Positions 17,940 through 34,333 of a stretch of 64,000 bases of DNA are shown piece by piece. The notes below the pieces were generated by a model. The model was not told the origin of the DNA. It worked only from the letters and a program-made list of their open reading frames with translations, and did no database searches. Numbering within the stretch: the stretch's first letter is position 1; each line of letters opens with the position of its first letter. Made by a program: the position numbers and the translations under genes. The DNA comes from the human T2T-CHM13v2.0 reference genome, Homo sapiens, in assembly GCF_009914755.1 (NCBI RefSeq), contig NC_060940.1, one strand, 5' to 3'.

Positions 17940-19125
17940 CTGCCACATGTTGAAGTGCCCAGTATATGCCCTGCACCAAGCAGGGCACACTCTGACTTAA
18001 TCTTTACAACTCTCATTTGTACAGATATAGGAACTGAGGTTAAATACCTTGCTCTGGGCCACAAGACTGGGACAAATTGGGACTCAAAAGAAATGGCAGA
18101 TCAAATGCTTGGAAGATTCAGGGGGTTGGGAGGGGAGGTAGGGCTTTGGTTCAAGAAGTTAAACAATGAGAACAGAAATTAATGCAGAAAAAGAGTTCAT
18201 TTGAATTCATTCTATAATCAATAAATATCTGTCAATCCCATTGATTGTGCCAGACATGAGCTCAGTGCTGGGGATAGAGCCCTTTCCCCTTTGGGGAAGC
18301 TCACAGATTCACTGGGGCAAGACATACCTAGGAAAAGCTCATTAAGCAGCCAGGAATTAAGTGACCATAAAGAGAAACATCCAAGGTTGTCAAGAGTCCC
18401 GGAGTGCACAGGGGAATATCTGTGCCATCAGCCCCTGGTCCCCATCGGCTGACTCCGCTATCACTCCTTCTACTGCCAGGGGTTCCCACCCCCAGGTATC
18501 CATTTCTTACCTGGATGGCAGCATCCCACCCCACCACGCACTGGTCTTCCTGCCTCCAGCCTGGTTCACCTTCCATTCACCTCATGAACACTGCAAGCAG
18601 GTTTTCTGAATCTCACACCTGACCTCCTGATAGAGTCCCAGATCCTGCACCTCTCCAGCCTCAACTCTGCCCCCTTCTCAGCGGCTCTGGAGGTCCTGGC
18701 CACACCAGATTCCTTAGAGACCCTAGTCCAGTGCCTGGGTCCTCCTCCTCCCCTTAGGAACTCCTTCCTGCCCTTTGCAAACATAGCCCAAAAGTCTTTC
18801 CACGGAGAGGGCTTCTCAGGACCTAACCCCTACCTGCAGCCACCTAGGGCCACTGCCCTTCCCTAGTCCTTTCCGGGTGCCTCAGACATCAAGCGAGGCT
18901 ACTACTGGCAACAAAATCCCCCACTTCCAAAATCCCTTTTTCTGGGAAAGGCAGAATCCGCCTGCAGCAGCCAATTGGGCAGGCGCCAAGAAAGTAGTGA
19001 AGGGTCAGAGGGGACAGGAGGCCACCCGCAGCGCCCACCCTGGATAGGGATAGGTTCGAGAGGTTGCTACTGAGCTGCAAAATAACCCCGTCTTTCCTTC
19101 CCGCATATGGTCTTGTATCTGACAG

Positions 19126-19296
19126 TCCCTGTGTCTCACAGCGGTAATCGTGTGTTGCATCGATGCGTTTGTGGTCACCACGAAGATGAGGACCAACTTG
19201 AAAAGATTCCTGGGAGTCGAAGTTGAAAGGAAGCTTTCCCCCGCCAAGGACGCCTACCCCGAAACCGGCCCCGACGCCCCGCAGAGGCCCGCCTGA
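19126..19296 (+). CDS. CMTM1: CMTM1 exon 4 (SLCLTAVIVCCIDAF...APQRPA*)
   Basis: ctgacag|TCC acceptor, TGA 19294-19296; VCCxxD-like segment parallels the CKLF last exon. Confidence 0.93.
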   Translation, partial: SLCLTAVIVCCIDAFVVTTKMRTNLKRFLGVEVERKLSPAKDAYPETGPDAPQRPA

Positions 19297-19902
19297 AGCC
19301 AGCCCGGCGCCCTAGCAGATGCACGTGTCTGTCGAATCGCTGCCTCCGAGCCCACCCCCGAGCTCGCATGCTGTCACCCATTCCAGCCTAAATGTGACCA
19401 TAAAATTAGGGCTGCTGCTTTTATCGAGAACACCTGCTTCCTCTCGTTGCCTTGTGTGAAAGTCGCGTTGTATTTTCCTGCGCTTGGCGCTGCGCCCGCG
19501 GAGCTCAGGGCCGTGACCCGGTGCTCGCAGCCCCCCGACCCCGCAGCGGAGCGGCGGCTTACAGACCTGGGGCCACCTGGAGACGCCGGGATGGGACCGC
19601 GAGGGCAGCTCCGCGCGGAGGTGGGACCGGCGGGTTGGGAACGGAGTTGGGGCCCGTCGGGGGCCGGCGCGTGGAGGGTGGGAGGATCCGGCCGCTGCCG
19701 GGCGGATGGGAGCTGCGCGAGGAGACGGGCGCGCGTGGAGAGGGCGCGGGAGTTGGCATTCGGTGGTCCTGGCAGTTAGCTGAGCACGCCCTCTGAGCCG
19801 CTCGGTGGACACCAGGCACTCTAGTAGGCCTGGCCTACCCAGAAACAGCAGGAGAGAGAAGAAACAGGCCAGCTGTGAGAAGCCAAGGACACCGAGTCAG
19901 TC

Positions 19903-20187
19903 ATGGCACCTAAGGCGGCAAAGGGGGCCAAGCCAGAGCCAGCACCAGCTCCACCTCCACCCGGGGCCAAACCCGAGGAAGACAAGAAGGACGGTAAGGA
20001 GCCATCGGACAAACCTCAAAAGGCGGTGCAGGACCATAAGGAGCCATCGGACAAACCTCAAAAGGCGGTGCAGCCCAAGCACGAAGTGGGCACGAGGAGG
20101 GGGTGTCGCCGCTACCGGTGGGAATTAAAAGACAGCAATAAAGAGTTCTGGCTCTTGGGGCACGCTGAGATCAAGATTCGGAGTTTG
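19903..20187 (+). CDS. CMTM2: CMTM2 exon 1 (MAPKAAKGAK...EIKIRSL, 95 codons)
   Basis: GTCATGG start; TTG|gtgagc donor; Lys/Pro-rich N-terminus recognised. Confidence 0.95.
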
Positions 20188-20320
20188 GTGAGCTAAACTG
20201 GTATCCCTGGGTGGGGGGCCTTGGCCGAGGGTGGGGGGAAGGAGGAGTAGGCTCCAGGGGTCCTCAGAGAGATGGTGAAAGGCCCTTGCTGCTGGCTCAG
20301 GTGTCTATGTCTCACTGCAG

Positions 20321-20479
20321 GGCTGCCTAATAGCTGCAATGATACTGTTGTCCTCACTCACCGTGCACCCCATCTTGAGGCTTATCATCACCATGGAGAT
20401 ATCCTTCTTCAGCTTCTTCATCTTACTGTACAGCTTTGCCATTCATAGATACATACCCTTCATCCTGTGGCCCATTTCT
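20321..20479 (+). CDS. CMTM2: CMTM2 exon 2 (GCLIAAMILL...ILWPIS)
   Basis: ctgcag|GGC, TCT|gtaagt; 159 nt phase 0-0. Confidence 0.95.
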
Positions 20480-23413
20480 GTAAGTAAGGGGTGATGGGGA
20501 GTGCCTGCATCCAGAATGCTGATCAGGTGTGTCTTGGCACCTGGAAAGTCACCAAACAGAGAGACACACCTCACCTCCCATATCTGTGCCTGGGTCAGGG
20601 ACTCAGAACATCAGTGGGGCCCAGGCAGAGGCAGCTGGGTGCAAGAGGGGTAGCTAGGCAGAAAATGCTCCAAAAAGCCTATCTGTGTGTTGGAGTGAGA
20701 GTGGGGAACTCTTACTTACCTGGTGGTCAAAGAGGGCCTGAGCCTTTGTTCTCTTTAGGGGAAGGGGAGGTGTAGCAACCAGCTGTTCCTCCGAACTCCT
20801 GTGCCAGCTCACACTTGACAGGAGATCACCCCAGAAGGACCCCATTCCCAAAATTCAAAGAAGAAAATTACTCTCCCATAAGTCAATAAAATAAAACAAA
20901 ATGGGAATTTTTTTTAAAAATCACTTCTAAAGCAGCGTTAGGTCTCCAGTGAATATCCCTATAAAGGATGTTTGGATCAGAAGGATGTTCAGCCCAAAGC
21001 AGTCATCTAGTGGAAAGAGACAGAACTGGGCAAGTTACTAAACCATTCCCAGCCTGTTTCCTCATCTGTAACATGAGACAGTCACATTCCTTGCAGAACT
21101 GACATTCAATCCTGAGGATTAAATGTAAATTGCTTGACACCGTGCCTGAGGACTCATGGAATTGAATCCCTGCCCATCACCTGTTTAACCACAGGGCACA
21201 ACCACCTAACCCCTTGCCAGTCAATGAAGACCCCAATTCCCAAGTCCCTTTGTTCATTGCACATTCACAGCCTGCCTCCAGAGCCCTCTTGTTCACTGTT
21301 TCACTCACGTTACACATGAGGAAATTGGCCTAGAATGGCCAAGTAACTTGCCCCCAGGTCACTCAGCTGGTAAGTAGCAGAAAAAAGCTTCAAACTTAGC
21401 TTTATGAGTACATTTCATCCTGCCTTCTTGTTAAAAACTATTAGGGTCCAGGGATCCAGAGGTCTTGGTGAAGCAGATGAGGACCTCCGATACAGGGAGA
21501 AAGGACAGGAGGGCCAAATAAGGACTCTCAGAAAAGGGACAAGCAGAGGACAAGGTAAAAGGACAGGCAGAGGACAAGTTCCTAAACAAGGAGCCTGAGA
21601 AGACATTTTTAGTTCCAGCAAGATGAAAAACCAATGAACCCTGAACATCTTCCCACTGTGCTTACCTAAAAATACCAGGGGAAATGTAACCAGTATTGCT
21701 TTAACTGAATGAATGAGCTGGCAAAAAAGAAATGAAAACACACAGGCGCCAGAAATGGCAAACAGGGCAGTGATCACATAAGCTACAAAGTATGAGTGGG
21801 AATGGTCCAAGAGGTATTGTCTCAGGAACCTACAGCCTGGATTTTCATGCACTCTCAAGTCAGGAAATAAGGCCTTGATCCTAAGCAAAGTGGGAATTTA
21901 GAACTGAAAACCCTGTATAAAGCCAGCGCCCTGGAAAGACTACCTCCTTAGGGAAAAGATGGACAAAGACACATACCCTTCTTATTCCCAACACAGAGGA
22001 ATAAGAAAACATGTTCATCTCTGCCTGAGCTTTGAGTGGGCGGAGAGGAAGTCTTCCTTGAGAAATAGAAAGCTTAAGCCTGCCCTTTGTACAGATTGGA
22101 GTTTGAATTTTTGTTATCTGCAGCCTAGAAACCTTCATGCAGCCCAGAAACCTTCATCCCTGGGAATTACCATAAAAACTGATCCCAGTCTGATGACATT
22201 CTGCTGATATCCTTGGACTCCTGATAGAAACAAATGCAAAATCACAATCAAGGCATGAAGAGATTCTCACAGTGGGGGTGGGGGGAAAACCTTGTCAAAA
22301 ATGAACTAATAATTCAAAACTACTAAACACCTGATTTTAAAAAATCCCCATTACTAAGAATCAACAAACACAACAAATGGATTAGAATCCTGAGAATATG
22401 AGATAATAGAAGAGCTGTCTGAAAATAATAATATATTTTAAGGGATTATAGACATAAGAGTCCTGAGAAAAGAGTAAGACACTATGAGGACAAAATAGAC
22501 AGATTTTTAAAAAGTACAGTGTCTAGAATAGAAAATATAGTTATTGAAATAAAAATGTCAATAGATGAATTCAAAAACAGATCAGACATAGCTGAAGGAG
22601 GGAACTGTTAACTGAAAGGTATGGGGAAATTACCCAGAACACAGCACACAGAGAGAGAGAAAATAAGAGATTGAGACAGAACAATGAGTGAGAACATCCA
22701 TCAGTGGTTGTTGGGCTGGGTGTGGTGGCTCACACCTGTAATCCCAGCACGTTGGGAGGCTGAGGTGGATGGGTCCCTTTGGTCCAGGAGTTTGAGACCA
22801 GACTGGACAACATAGGGAGACCCTGTCTCTACAAAAAAATTTAAAAATTAGCCAAGCATGGTGGCACATGCCTGTTGTTCCAGCTACTCAGGAGGCTGAG
22901 GTGGGAGGATGGCTTGAACCCAGGAGGTCAAGGCTACAGAGAGCTCTGATGGTGCCACTGCACTCCAATCTGAGTGACAGAGTGAGACCCTGTCTAAAAA
23001 ATAATAAAAGAGGTGTCAAGAAGCCAGGCACAGTGATGTGTGCCTGTAGTCCCAGCTTCTCAGGAGGCTGAGGCAGGAGAATGGCATGAACCCGGGAGGC
23101 AGAGCTTGCAGTGAGCCGAGATCGTGCCACTGCACTCCAGCCTGGGCGACAGAGTGAGACTCCATCTCAAAAAATAAATAAATAAAATAAAATAAAATAG
23201 ACATCTATCCAAACCTGCACAAATTGTATTTTAGGTGACACTTCAGGAGCATTTCCTTAGAGATGCTTACTAGCTTCTCTTGTATTCAACATTGTGATAG
23301 AGACCTTAGTTCAATATGACAAGAAAAACAAAAGGTATAGAGATTGACAAGAGGAAAAATCTAATAGAATTATCTACACAGAAAATCTAAGAGAATCTAC
23401 AGTCAAATCACTA

Positions 23414-23782
<369 letters not shown>

Positions 23783-24180
23783 TCAAAAAAAAAAAAATGC
23801 TCTTTAAAAGAAATCACTTAAAACAGCAACACAAACTACAAGGTGTCTAAGAATAAACCTACTGAAAGATGTGTAAGACACTACATAGAGATTATAAGAC
23901 TTTAGTAATGGACATCAAAGGAAAATGTAAATAGAGAAACATTCCACATTCACAAATATGAAAACTTATCATAGAGATGTCAATTCAATTCTGAATTAAT
24001 CTATAAATTAAATAAAATTTCAACCTAACATGGGTTTTTCATGGCACTTTTACAAGGTGATTCTAAAATTCTTATCAAAGAAGAAAAAATACTAACAAGG
24101 ATGGACTCACCCAACAAGATATCAGATTTACCATAAAGCTTTGGTACTAGCTCAGGGATTGACAAGAAGACTAACAAAAT

Positions 24181-24912
24181 TGTTACAGATTGAATGTTTG
24201 TGTCTCCCACTCTGCAAAATCATACGTTGAGGCCCTAACCCCCACTGTACTGTACTTGAAGATGGGCCTCTAAGGAGGTAGTTAAGGTTAAATGAGGTCA
24301 GAACATTGGGGCCCTGATCAAATAAGTGTCTTTTGTTTGTTTGTTTTGAGACAGAGTTTTGCTCTTGTCACCCAGGCTAGAGTGCAGTGGCACAATCTCA
24401 GCTCACTGCAACTTCCACCTCCTGGTTCAAGCATTCTCCTGCCTCAGCCTCCTGAGTAGCTAGGATTACAGACATGCGCCACTAAGCCCGGCTAATTTTG
24501 TAATTTTGACTAGAGACAGCGTTTTGCCATGTTGGCCTAGCTGGTCTTGAACTCCTGACCTCAGGTGATCTGCCTGCCTTGGCCTCCCAAAGTGCTGTGA
24601 TTACAGGTGTGAGCCACCACACCCAGCCAGTATCTTTATAAGAGAGCAGAGAATTCTCTCTCCCGCTTGCTCTCTCTCTACACACACACACATGCACACA
24701 CATACACACGCACGCATCAAAGAAAGGCCATGTGAAAACGTAGTGAGAAGACAGCCATCTGCAAGCCAGGAAGAGAGCCCTCACCAGAAACTGAATTTCC
24801 TGGCACCTTGCTCATGGACTTCAGCCTCCAAAACTGCGAGAAAGTTAATGTCTGTTGTTTAAGCCACCCAGTCTGGGATATTTTATTATGGCATCCTGAG
24901 TAGACTAATACA
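24181..24912 (+). mobile_element. MLT1A-type MaLR LTR interrupted by an Alu
   Basis: TG...CA ends, gttaaggttaaatgaggtca and gactaataca signatures. Confidence 0.75.
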
Positions 24913-25132
24913 GGGATAGAAAAGAGAACTCAGAAATAGATCTACAAACATATGGCAACTTGGTATATGACGGAGGTAGCATTATAGAACAGTTGAATAG
25001 AATATTCAATAAATGTCCCTGGGATTTGTGGACAGAGAGGAAGGGAGGGAGAGAGACAGACTATGTATCCCATTAAAATTAAAACTTCAACAGAAGACAT
25101 CATAGGCCAGGTACAGTGGCTCACACCTATAA

Positions 25133-25369
<237 letters not shown>

Positions 25370-27291
25370 TAGCTGGGATTACAGGCATGCACCCCCACGC
25401 CCAGCTAATTTTGTATTTTTAGTAGAGACGGGGTTTCTCCATGTTGGTCAGGCTGGTCTCGAACTCCCAACCTCAGGTGATCCGCCCGCCTCAGCCTCCC
25501 AAAGTGCTGGGATTACAGGCGTGAGCCACTGCGCCCAGCTTACAAAAACAATTTTTTTAATTGCACAGTGGCAGGTGCCTATAGTCCCAGCTGAGGCTGA
25601 GGTGGGGAGGATCACTTGAGCCCAGGAGTTCAAGACTGCAGTGAGTGGTAGAAACACCCTGTGTCTCATTTCGTTCATTCATATAGTAGGCTACATCAGT
25701 TAAAATTAATAAATCTATATTTCTCAATGTGGATAAATCTCAAAAGTCAAAAAGCAAGCATTGAAAGGTAGGATACTTTTTATTTAAATATAAAAAGTGT
25801 ATTTTGAAATACACAAAATAGTATACATTGTTTATAAATATATAATATGTAGAAAAGCACAAATTCAGACAGGAAAACTGCACATCAGCTTCCAAAAGTT
25901 GGAGGAGGGAGGCATGAGGGACAGGAAAAGGGAAGGAAGCGAGGGGGCTGCAGCTCCATCCGTGAAGTTGGACTTCTTGTTTTCAAAGAGGCCTAAAGGG
26001 GACGTTGGCAAGACGTTAACATCTGTTAAATGTCAGTGGCTCCTGGCCTGGTGGAGGTGGGAGTCGGGGATAGGATGTTCTATTATTTTCTGGGCATTTG
26101 AAATGTATCAAAATTCAAAACATTAAAAAGGAAAAGGCCTGAAACAAAGTGGCCAGGAAAGGACAACAGCAGGAAATGGCACTATAGAAACCAAGGGGGA
26201 TGGCAGGTGTCTTCCAGCGCTGCAGGATCAGCTGCTTCTCACCCCATCCTCTAGGCCCAGGAGAAATGCGGGAGGAAGCCAGCCTGCTATGGCCATGGTT
26301 TGGCCAGCTCTGAGAAGTTTGGCAATGCCTTGTCACTAGCAGGAGGGAAATGCGTATATGGTATGGGGAGGGCGAGACTGAAGTCACAGGGGATGGGCAG
26401 GAGGGTTGAGGAAGGAAGAGGTGGTGCTGCCTTGCAAAGAGGGGAAGGGGTCTAGGAAGTCAGGCCGAGGGCAGGGGGTTGCAGAAGAAGCTGCCAGGCT
26501 CCCAGTGAGATGCTAGAGTCCATCAGAGCCAGTGCAGCCCACCCAGACTCCAGAGAGGGGAGCTGGTCCTGGGAGCTGAAAGGCGGTGGTGGGGTCCTTA
26601 AGAGGGACATCATGACGTTTTATAGTTGTGTATTTATTTAAATGTGTATTGGCTGGGCGCTGTGGCCCACACCTGTAATCGTAGCACTTTGGGAGGCCGA
26701 GGAAGGCAGATCGCTTGAGTCCAGGAGTTCGAGACCAGCCTGGATAACATGGTGAAACCCCGTCTCTACTAAAAATACACACAAAAAAAAAATTAGGCAG
26801 GCTTGGTGGCACACACCTGTAGTCGCAGCTGCTCAGGAGGCAGAGGTGGGAGAATCACCTGAGCCTGAGGAGGTCGAGGCTGCAGTGAGCAGAAATTGTG
26901 CCACTGCACTCCAGCCTGCATAATCGGAGTAAGACCCTGTCTCAAAAAGTAGAAAATAAAAATAATAAATGAGTATTAGTGGGAGGAGACATAGGCAGAA
27001 ACCAAATGTGTGATTTCACAGAGAGATGGTAGAAGAGGGGGCTGGTGACTTCACAGGCTTCAGCACGAGGGCATTTTAGCATCCTGGACTTTTTAGGTTT
27101 CAATTTAAAAAGCCCAGCTGGAGGGCCACAGATATGTCCACCTAGCCCGGTGTGTGTTTATCTTTATGCATACATTTTAAAATCAGGTGGAAATTTGCAA
27201 ATCATTCCTTTGGAGGAAGCTAGCCAGGGTGCAGTGTTTGTTGATGGGGACCCTGGCTTTGGCTGAGGCTGACTAACCTCTCCACCTTCAG

Positions 27292-27393
27292 GACCTCTTC
27301 AACGACCTGATTGCTTGTGCGTTCCTTGTGGGAGCCGTGGTCTTTGCTGTGAGAAGTCGGCGATCCATGAATCTCCACTACTTACTTGCTGTG
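27292..27393 (+). CDS. CMTM2: CMTM2 exon 3 (DLFNDLIACAF...HYLLAV)
   Basis: Branch point GACTAAC 27271-27277, ccttcag|GAC, GTG|gtgagt; 102 nt. Confidence 0.95.
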
Positions 27394-27529
27394 GTGAGTC
27401 TTTCCATGCTGGGCCTTGCATTTGCTCTGAATTCACTTCTTTTGGAGGATGGGTGTTGTCCTCTGTTTAAGGAAAGGGCTTCTTTATTTTCCACAAAAGT
27501 CTTGGGATCAAAGCAAAGTTTAAAAGTTA

Positions 27530-27904
<375 letters not shown>

Positions 27905-28213
27905 TTAAATAAAGATGATGTCCGGGGAGCCAGCCCAAGTTCCTTCCTGTAGCTGCCGACCCCAGAGCAAACAGTCCCACTCTGGCTGGGTTTCAAGAGA
28001 GAAAAGAAACAGAGATGAGATGGCAGGACGGGGGAGTGGAGAAGGCAAAGGCTGAGGGAGTAGGCACGCTCCTAGCCTCTCAGAGATGGTTGACATTTGA
28101 GGGGACATGGGGGATGTGTGAAACAGCACCCCCTGATGAATGAGAAACCAGGAGGGAAACTCACCACCTTTGGAATGAAAAGCAAAAGTCATGAGGACCG
28201 TTTTGTTTTCCAG

Positions 28214-28414
28214 ATCCTTATTGGTGCGGCTGGAGTTTTTGCTTTTATCGATGTGTGTCTTCAAAGAAACCACTTCAGAGGCAAGAAGGCCAAAAAGCAT
28301 ATGCTGGTTCCTCCTCCAGGAAAGGAAAAAGGACCCCAGCAGGGCAAGGGACCAGAACCCGCCAAGCCACCAGAACCTGGCAAGCCACCAGGGCCAGCAA
28401 AGGGAAAGAAATGA
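28214..28414 (+). CDS. CMTM2: CMTM2 exon 4 (ILIGAAGVFAF...PAKGKK*); total 248 aa
   Basis: ttttccag|ATC acceptor; TGA 28412-28414; Pro/Lys/Gly-rich tail. Confidence 0.95.
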   Translation: MLIGAAGVFAFIDVCLQRNHFRGKKAKKHMLVPPPGKEKGPQQGKGPEPAKPPEPGKPPGPAKGKK

Positions 28415-28966
28415 CTTGGAGGAGGCTCCTGGTGTCTGAAACGGCAGTGTATTTTACAGCAATATGTTTCCACTCTCTTCCTTGTCTTCTTTCTGGAATG
28501 GTTTTCTTTTCCATTTTCATTACCACCTTTGCTTGGAAAAGAATGGATTAATGGATTCTAAAAGCCTAAAGTTGATGTAAGCATTATTTTGTTCATTCAG
28601 CAAAAGTTACTGACTGTCAGGGTGCAGAGGGCGAGGCCAGGGCAGGGCCTGGGAGCCAAGGCTCCTGAAGTGCTCCCAGGCTACTGGGCACCAAGGGCCT
28701 GGGGGACCAGAAGTGTAGGTGTTGCCGGCTAGTGGCCCCAACCAACTGGCAGGGGGCAGGGGGCCAGGGCATGGGGGGCAGAGGAAGACAAGAAACCAGA
28801 AAACAAAAGGATCATTTTGTTCACACTGATTATTTTAATTTTACTTTTTTAAAAAAGCATCCAAGCAATTGTTATGAGAAAAATAAGTTTGTTGGCCTTC
28901 CTTGCAGTTTAGTTTTTAGGTTGGTTTTGTTTTGTTTTGTTTTGTTTTGTTTTTGTTTTTTGGTGA

Positions 28967-29176
<210 letters not shown>

Positions 29177-30120
29177 TGACCTCAGGTGATCCACCCGCCT
29201 CAGCCTCCCAGGGTGCCAGGATTACAGGCGTGAGCCACCATGCCTGGCCTGCAATTTAGTATTGATCCTCACTGAGGTTCACTCCGGTCGAAGTGAGGAG
29301 GGCAGGGGGTGTCAACTTCTCAGGGCTCAGGGCCTCCAAGGGCCTGAGTCAGGCTGGCATATGGGCTGAGCAGGGTGGGCACAGGAGGAGTCTAGGGGCT
29401 GTTTCCCTCTGGGACCTGGAGTGTCTCCCTCCACTGACAACCTGAGCATAAGGCCTGGAGTCCCCACATGTAGGCCTTGCAGATCTTTCCACCAGAGAAG
29501 GCTCTGCTCTCACTGGACAGTCCAGCCATCCTGGCAGGGGAAGGGTTGTCTCCATGAGAGGAAAGCCAGGCCCCAAACTGACCCATGAGGAGCTTGGAAG
29601 GGGGTCTGTAGGAGGAAGCATGGAGCCCCGAGCCCAGCCTGGGAGACAAGCTGGGAGGGTTCACTGAGCCTTGGGGACATGATCATGACTTGGGCCAAGG
29701 CGATCACTGAAGGCTGTGAGAAGGCCATGTGCTTAGCTGCTGCCGCAAAGGTGTGCCGGAGGAAGGAGGCCCCTGCAGGTCCTTCAGGTGGGGAGACGGG
29801 CAGCTGGTGGCCTCTAGGGGTGAAGCCTTGGAACTTGGGGTGGCCCCAGGCTCCTCTACACTTCAAGTCCACTGTCCCCTCTGTAGCCTCACAGCATCCC
29901 CTGCAGGCCAGGCAGTGTGAGGCACACCTACCTCTAGCTTTGTAGAGAAAAACTCAAAAATGCACGCTAACCTGCCACATGACCCAGAATTCTTCTCCTG
30001 TATATTTAGCCAAGATTAATGGTATACTAGAATGTTCATAACAGCCAAAAACTAGAAAGAGCCACATGTTCAAAAGGAGGTAAATGTGCTACATTCAGAA
30101 AACGGAATGCACTACTCAGC

Positions 30121-30123
<3 letters not shown>

Positions 30124-30157
<34 letters not shown>
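30124..30157 (+). repeat. Pure poly(A) run of about 34 nt inside an old L1 3' fragment
   Basis: Read directly. Confidence 0.9.
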
Positions 30158-30159
<2 letters not shown>

Positions 30160-30283
30160 ATGAATACAACAACAAGGAAGGATTTCACATAATAGAAACA
30201 TACCATATGATTCCATTTCTAAGCAGTTCAAGAATAGGCAAAAATACAGTGAAAGAAAACAGTGGTTGCTTGGGGATTGATTA

Positions 30284-31031
<748 letters not shown>

Positions 31032-31538
31032 ATTTCCAAAGAGACATAAGTGAGCTTTTGTGGGTACCAGAACTTTCATCTATTCATTGGAGGAGCTGGT
31101 CACACAGGTGTACACATTTGTCAAAACATTCAATAGTATACTTAAGATCTGTGCATTTCATTGTATATAAGTTTTACCTAACAAAGGAAGCTAAATATGA
31201 CTTATGCTCAGAATCCTGTGGAAAAGTGTGAACTTTCCTAAACGAATTTGGTCACTCCTCTCAACTCCTGGGGTAATACTTGTGAGCAGGCAGGGTTTCT
31301 GCGAATCCCAGGATATAATGAGCCTGAAGTGGGGGCTGGGCTGGGGCTGAGCGAGACTTCAGGTGTCATGCTAAGAAGAGGACCCCAGGACAGCGACATG
31401 GGCTGTAGGAAGATGCCCCTTCAGAACAGAACTACATCAGGTAAGTACTTGTCTGGAGCGGGGAATGGCCTGGGTGTGGGGCATGTCACTTACACATCTG
31501 GTTGAAATGCAGATTCAGCAAAAAGCCTAATTAATTAA

Positions 31539-31946
<408 letters not shown>

Positions 31947-32522
31947 TGAGCCACTGCATCCAGCCAAGATTTTAAAATTTAACAGAGGGGTTGAATAATA
32001 GAATAGACATAATTTAAGATGGCAATTCATGATTTGAAAAATAAAGGAAATCTAGAAAATCAAACAAAAAGGCAGACTTTCTTTTTTGGAAAAAAGACAC
32101 AGAGGACAAATCTAGGAGGATTTATCCAACAACCATCTCAAAGGAGTCACAGAAGGTGAGAAAATCTTAAACAGAAAAAAATTTTCAGTTAAAACTAAAA
32201 TCTTATAGAAAGGACCCACCAAGGCCAGGTGTGGTGGCTCACGCCTATAATCCCAGCACTTTGGGAAGCCGAGGCAGGTGGATCCCTTGAGCTCAGGAGT
32301 TAGAGATCAGCCTGGCCAACATGGCAAAACCCTGTCTCTACAAAAAACAAAAAAATTAGCCGGGCATACTGGTGTGTGCCTGTAGTCCCAGCTATTCCAG
32401 AGGTTGAAGTGGGAAAATCAATCACTTGAGGCTGAGAGGTCGAGGCTGCAGTGAACCAAGATTGCACCACTGCACCCTAGCCTGGGTGACAAAGCAAGAC
32501 CCTGTTTCAAAAAAAAAAAAAA

Positions 32523-32699
32523 GAAGAAGAAAGGGAGAGAGAGAAAGAAAAAAAGAAAGAGAGGGAGAAGGAAGGAAGGAAGGAAGGAAGGGGAGGGGAA
32601 GGGAAGGGAAGGGAAGGAAGGAGGGAGGGAGGGAGGAAGGAAGGGAGAAAAGGGAAGGGAAGGTAAAGGGAGGGGAGGGGAGGGGAGGGGAGGGAGAGG
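32523..32699 (+). repeat. Polypurine (GAAA/GGAA/GGGA) low-complexity tract grown from an Alu tail
   Basis: About 175 nt with almost no pyrimidines. Confidence 0.9.
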
Positions 32700-33037
32700 G
32701 CCCACCAAGTGTTGAGCAGGTTTACTGGGAAAGCATCCTCACCTGCCTACACATTTCTCGGTGAAGTATCAGAATTCTAAAGATTAAGAGAAAATCCTAA
32801 AAGCTGAGAGACACAGAGAGAGAACACAAAGATGACACTGACAAGAGAAAAACCAAACATCAGAGTCCACTCCAGATATTAGAAAACAATGGAGCTGGGC
32901 TGGGCACGGTGGCTCACGCCTGTAATCCCAGCACTTTGGGAGGCCAAGGCAGGTGGATCACGAGGTCAGGAGTTCGAGACCAGCCTGGTCAATATGGTAA
33001 AACCCTGTCTCTACTACAAAATACAAAAATTAGCCTA

Positions 33038-33145
<108 letters not shown>

Positions 33146-33634
33146 TCAGGCCTGGGCGACAAGAGTGAAACTCCATCTCAAAAAAAAAAAAAAAAATTTA
33201 AAGTGAAAATGTAAGTGGTTTTTAGTACATTCACAATGTTGTGCAACCACCACTTCTATCTAGTTCCAAAACATTTCTATAACTTCATTCCTTTTTTATG
33301 GCTGAATAATATTCCATTTTATGGCTGTATCACTTTTTCTTTTTAAGAGACAGGGTTTCACTTTGTTGCCAGGGGGTTTCCTGACCTCAAGTGATCCACC
33401 CACCTCAGCCTCCCCAAGTGCTGGGATTACAGGTGTGAGCCACTGTGCCCAGCCCATAATGTTGATATTTGAAAACTTATTGAAATTGTTTTTTGTCCTA
33501 ACATATGGCCTGTCCTAGAGAATGTTCCATGTGCACTTAAGAAGAATGTGTATTCTGTCATCAGGTGGAGTGTTAGGTGGCCTAGTTTCTGTCTTTTAAT
33601 AGAAAAATTGATTTAGGCCAGGTGTGGTGGCTCA

Positions 33635-34281
<647 letters not shown>

Positions 34282-34333
34282 CTACACATGGGGTACGGAC
34301 AGAAAGAGTTCCAAGAGAAACCTTCTATTCCTA

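Larger units (their letters stand above)
19100..20250. promoter_or_regulatory. CMTM2: CpG island covering the CMTM1 last exon and the CMTM2 promoter/exon 1
   Basis: Dense CpG and high GC from the CMTM1 last exon through CMTM2 exon 1. Confidence 0.8.
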
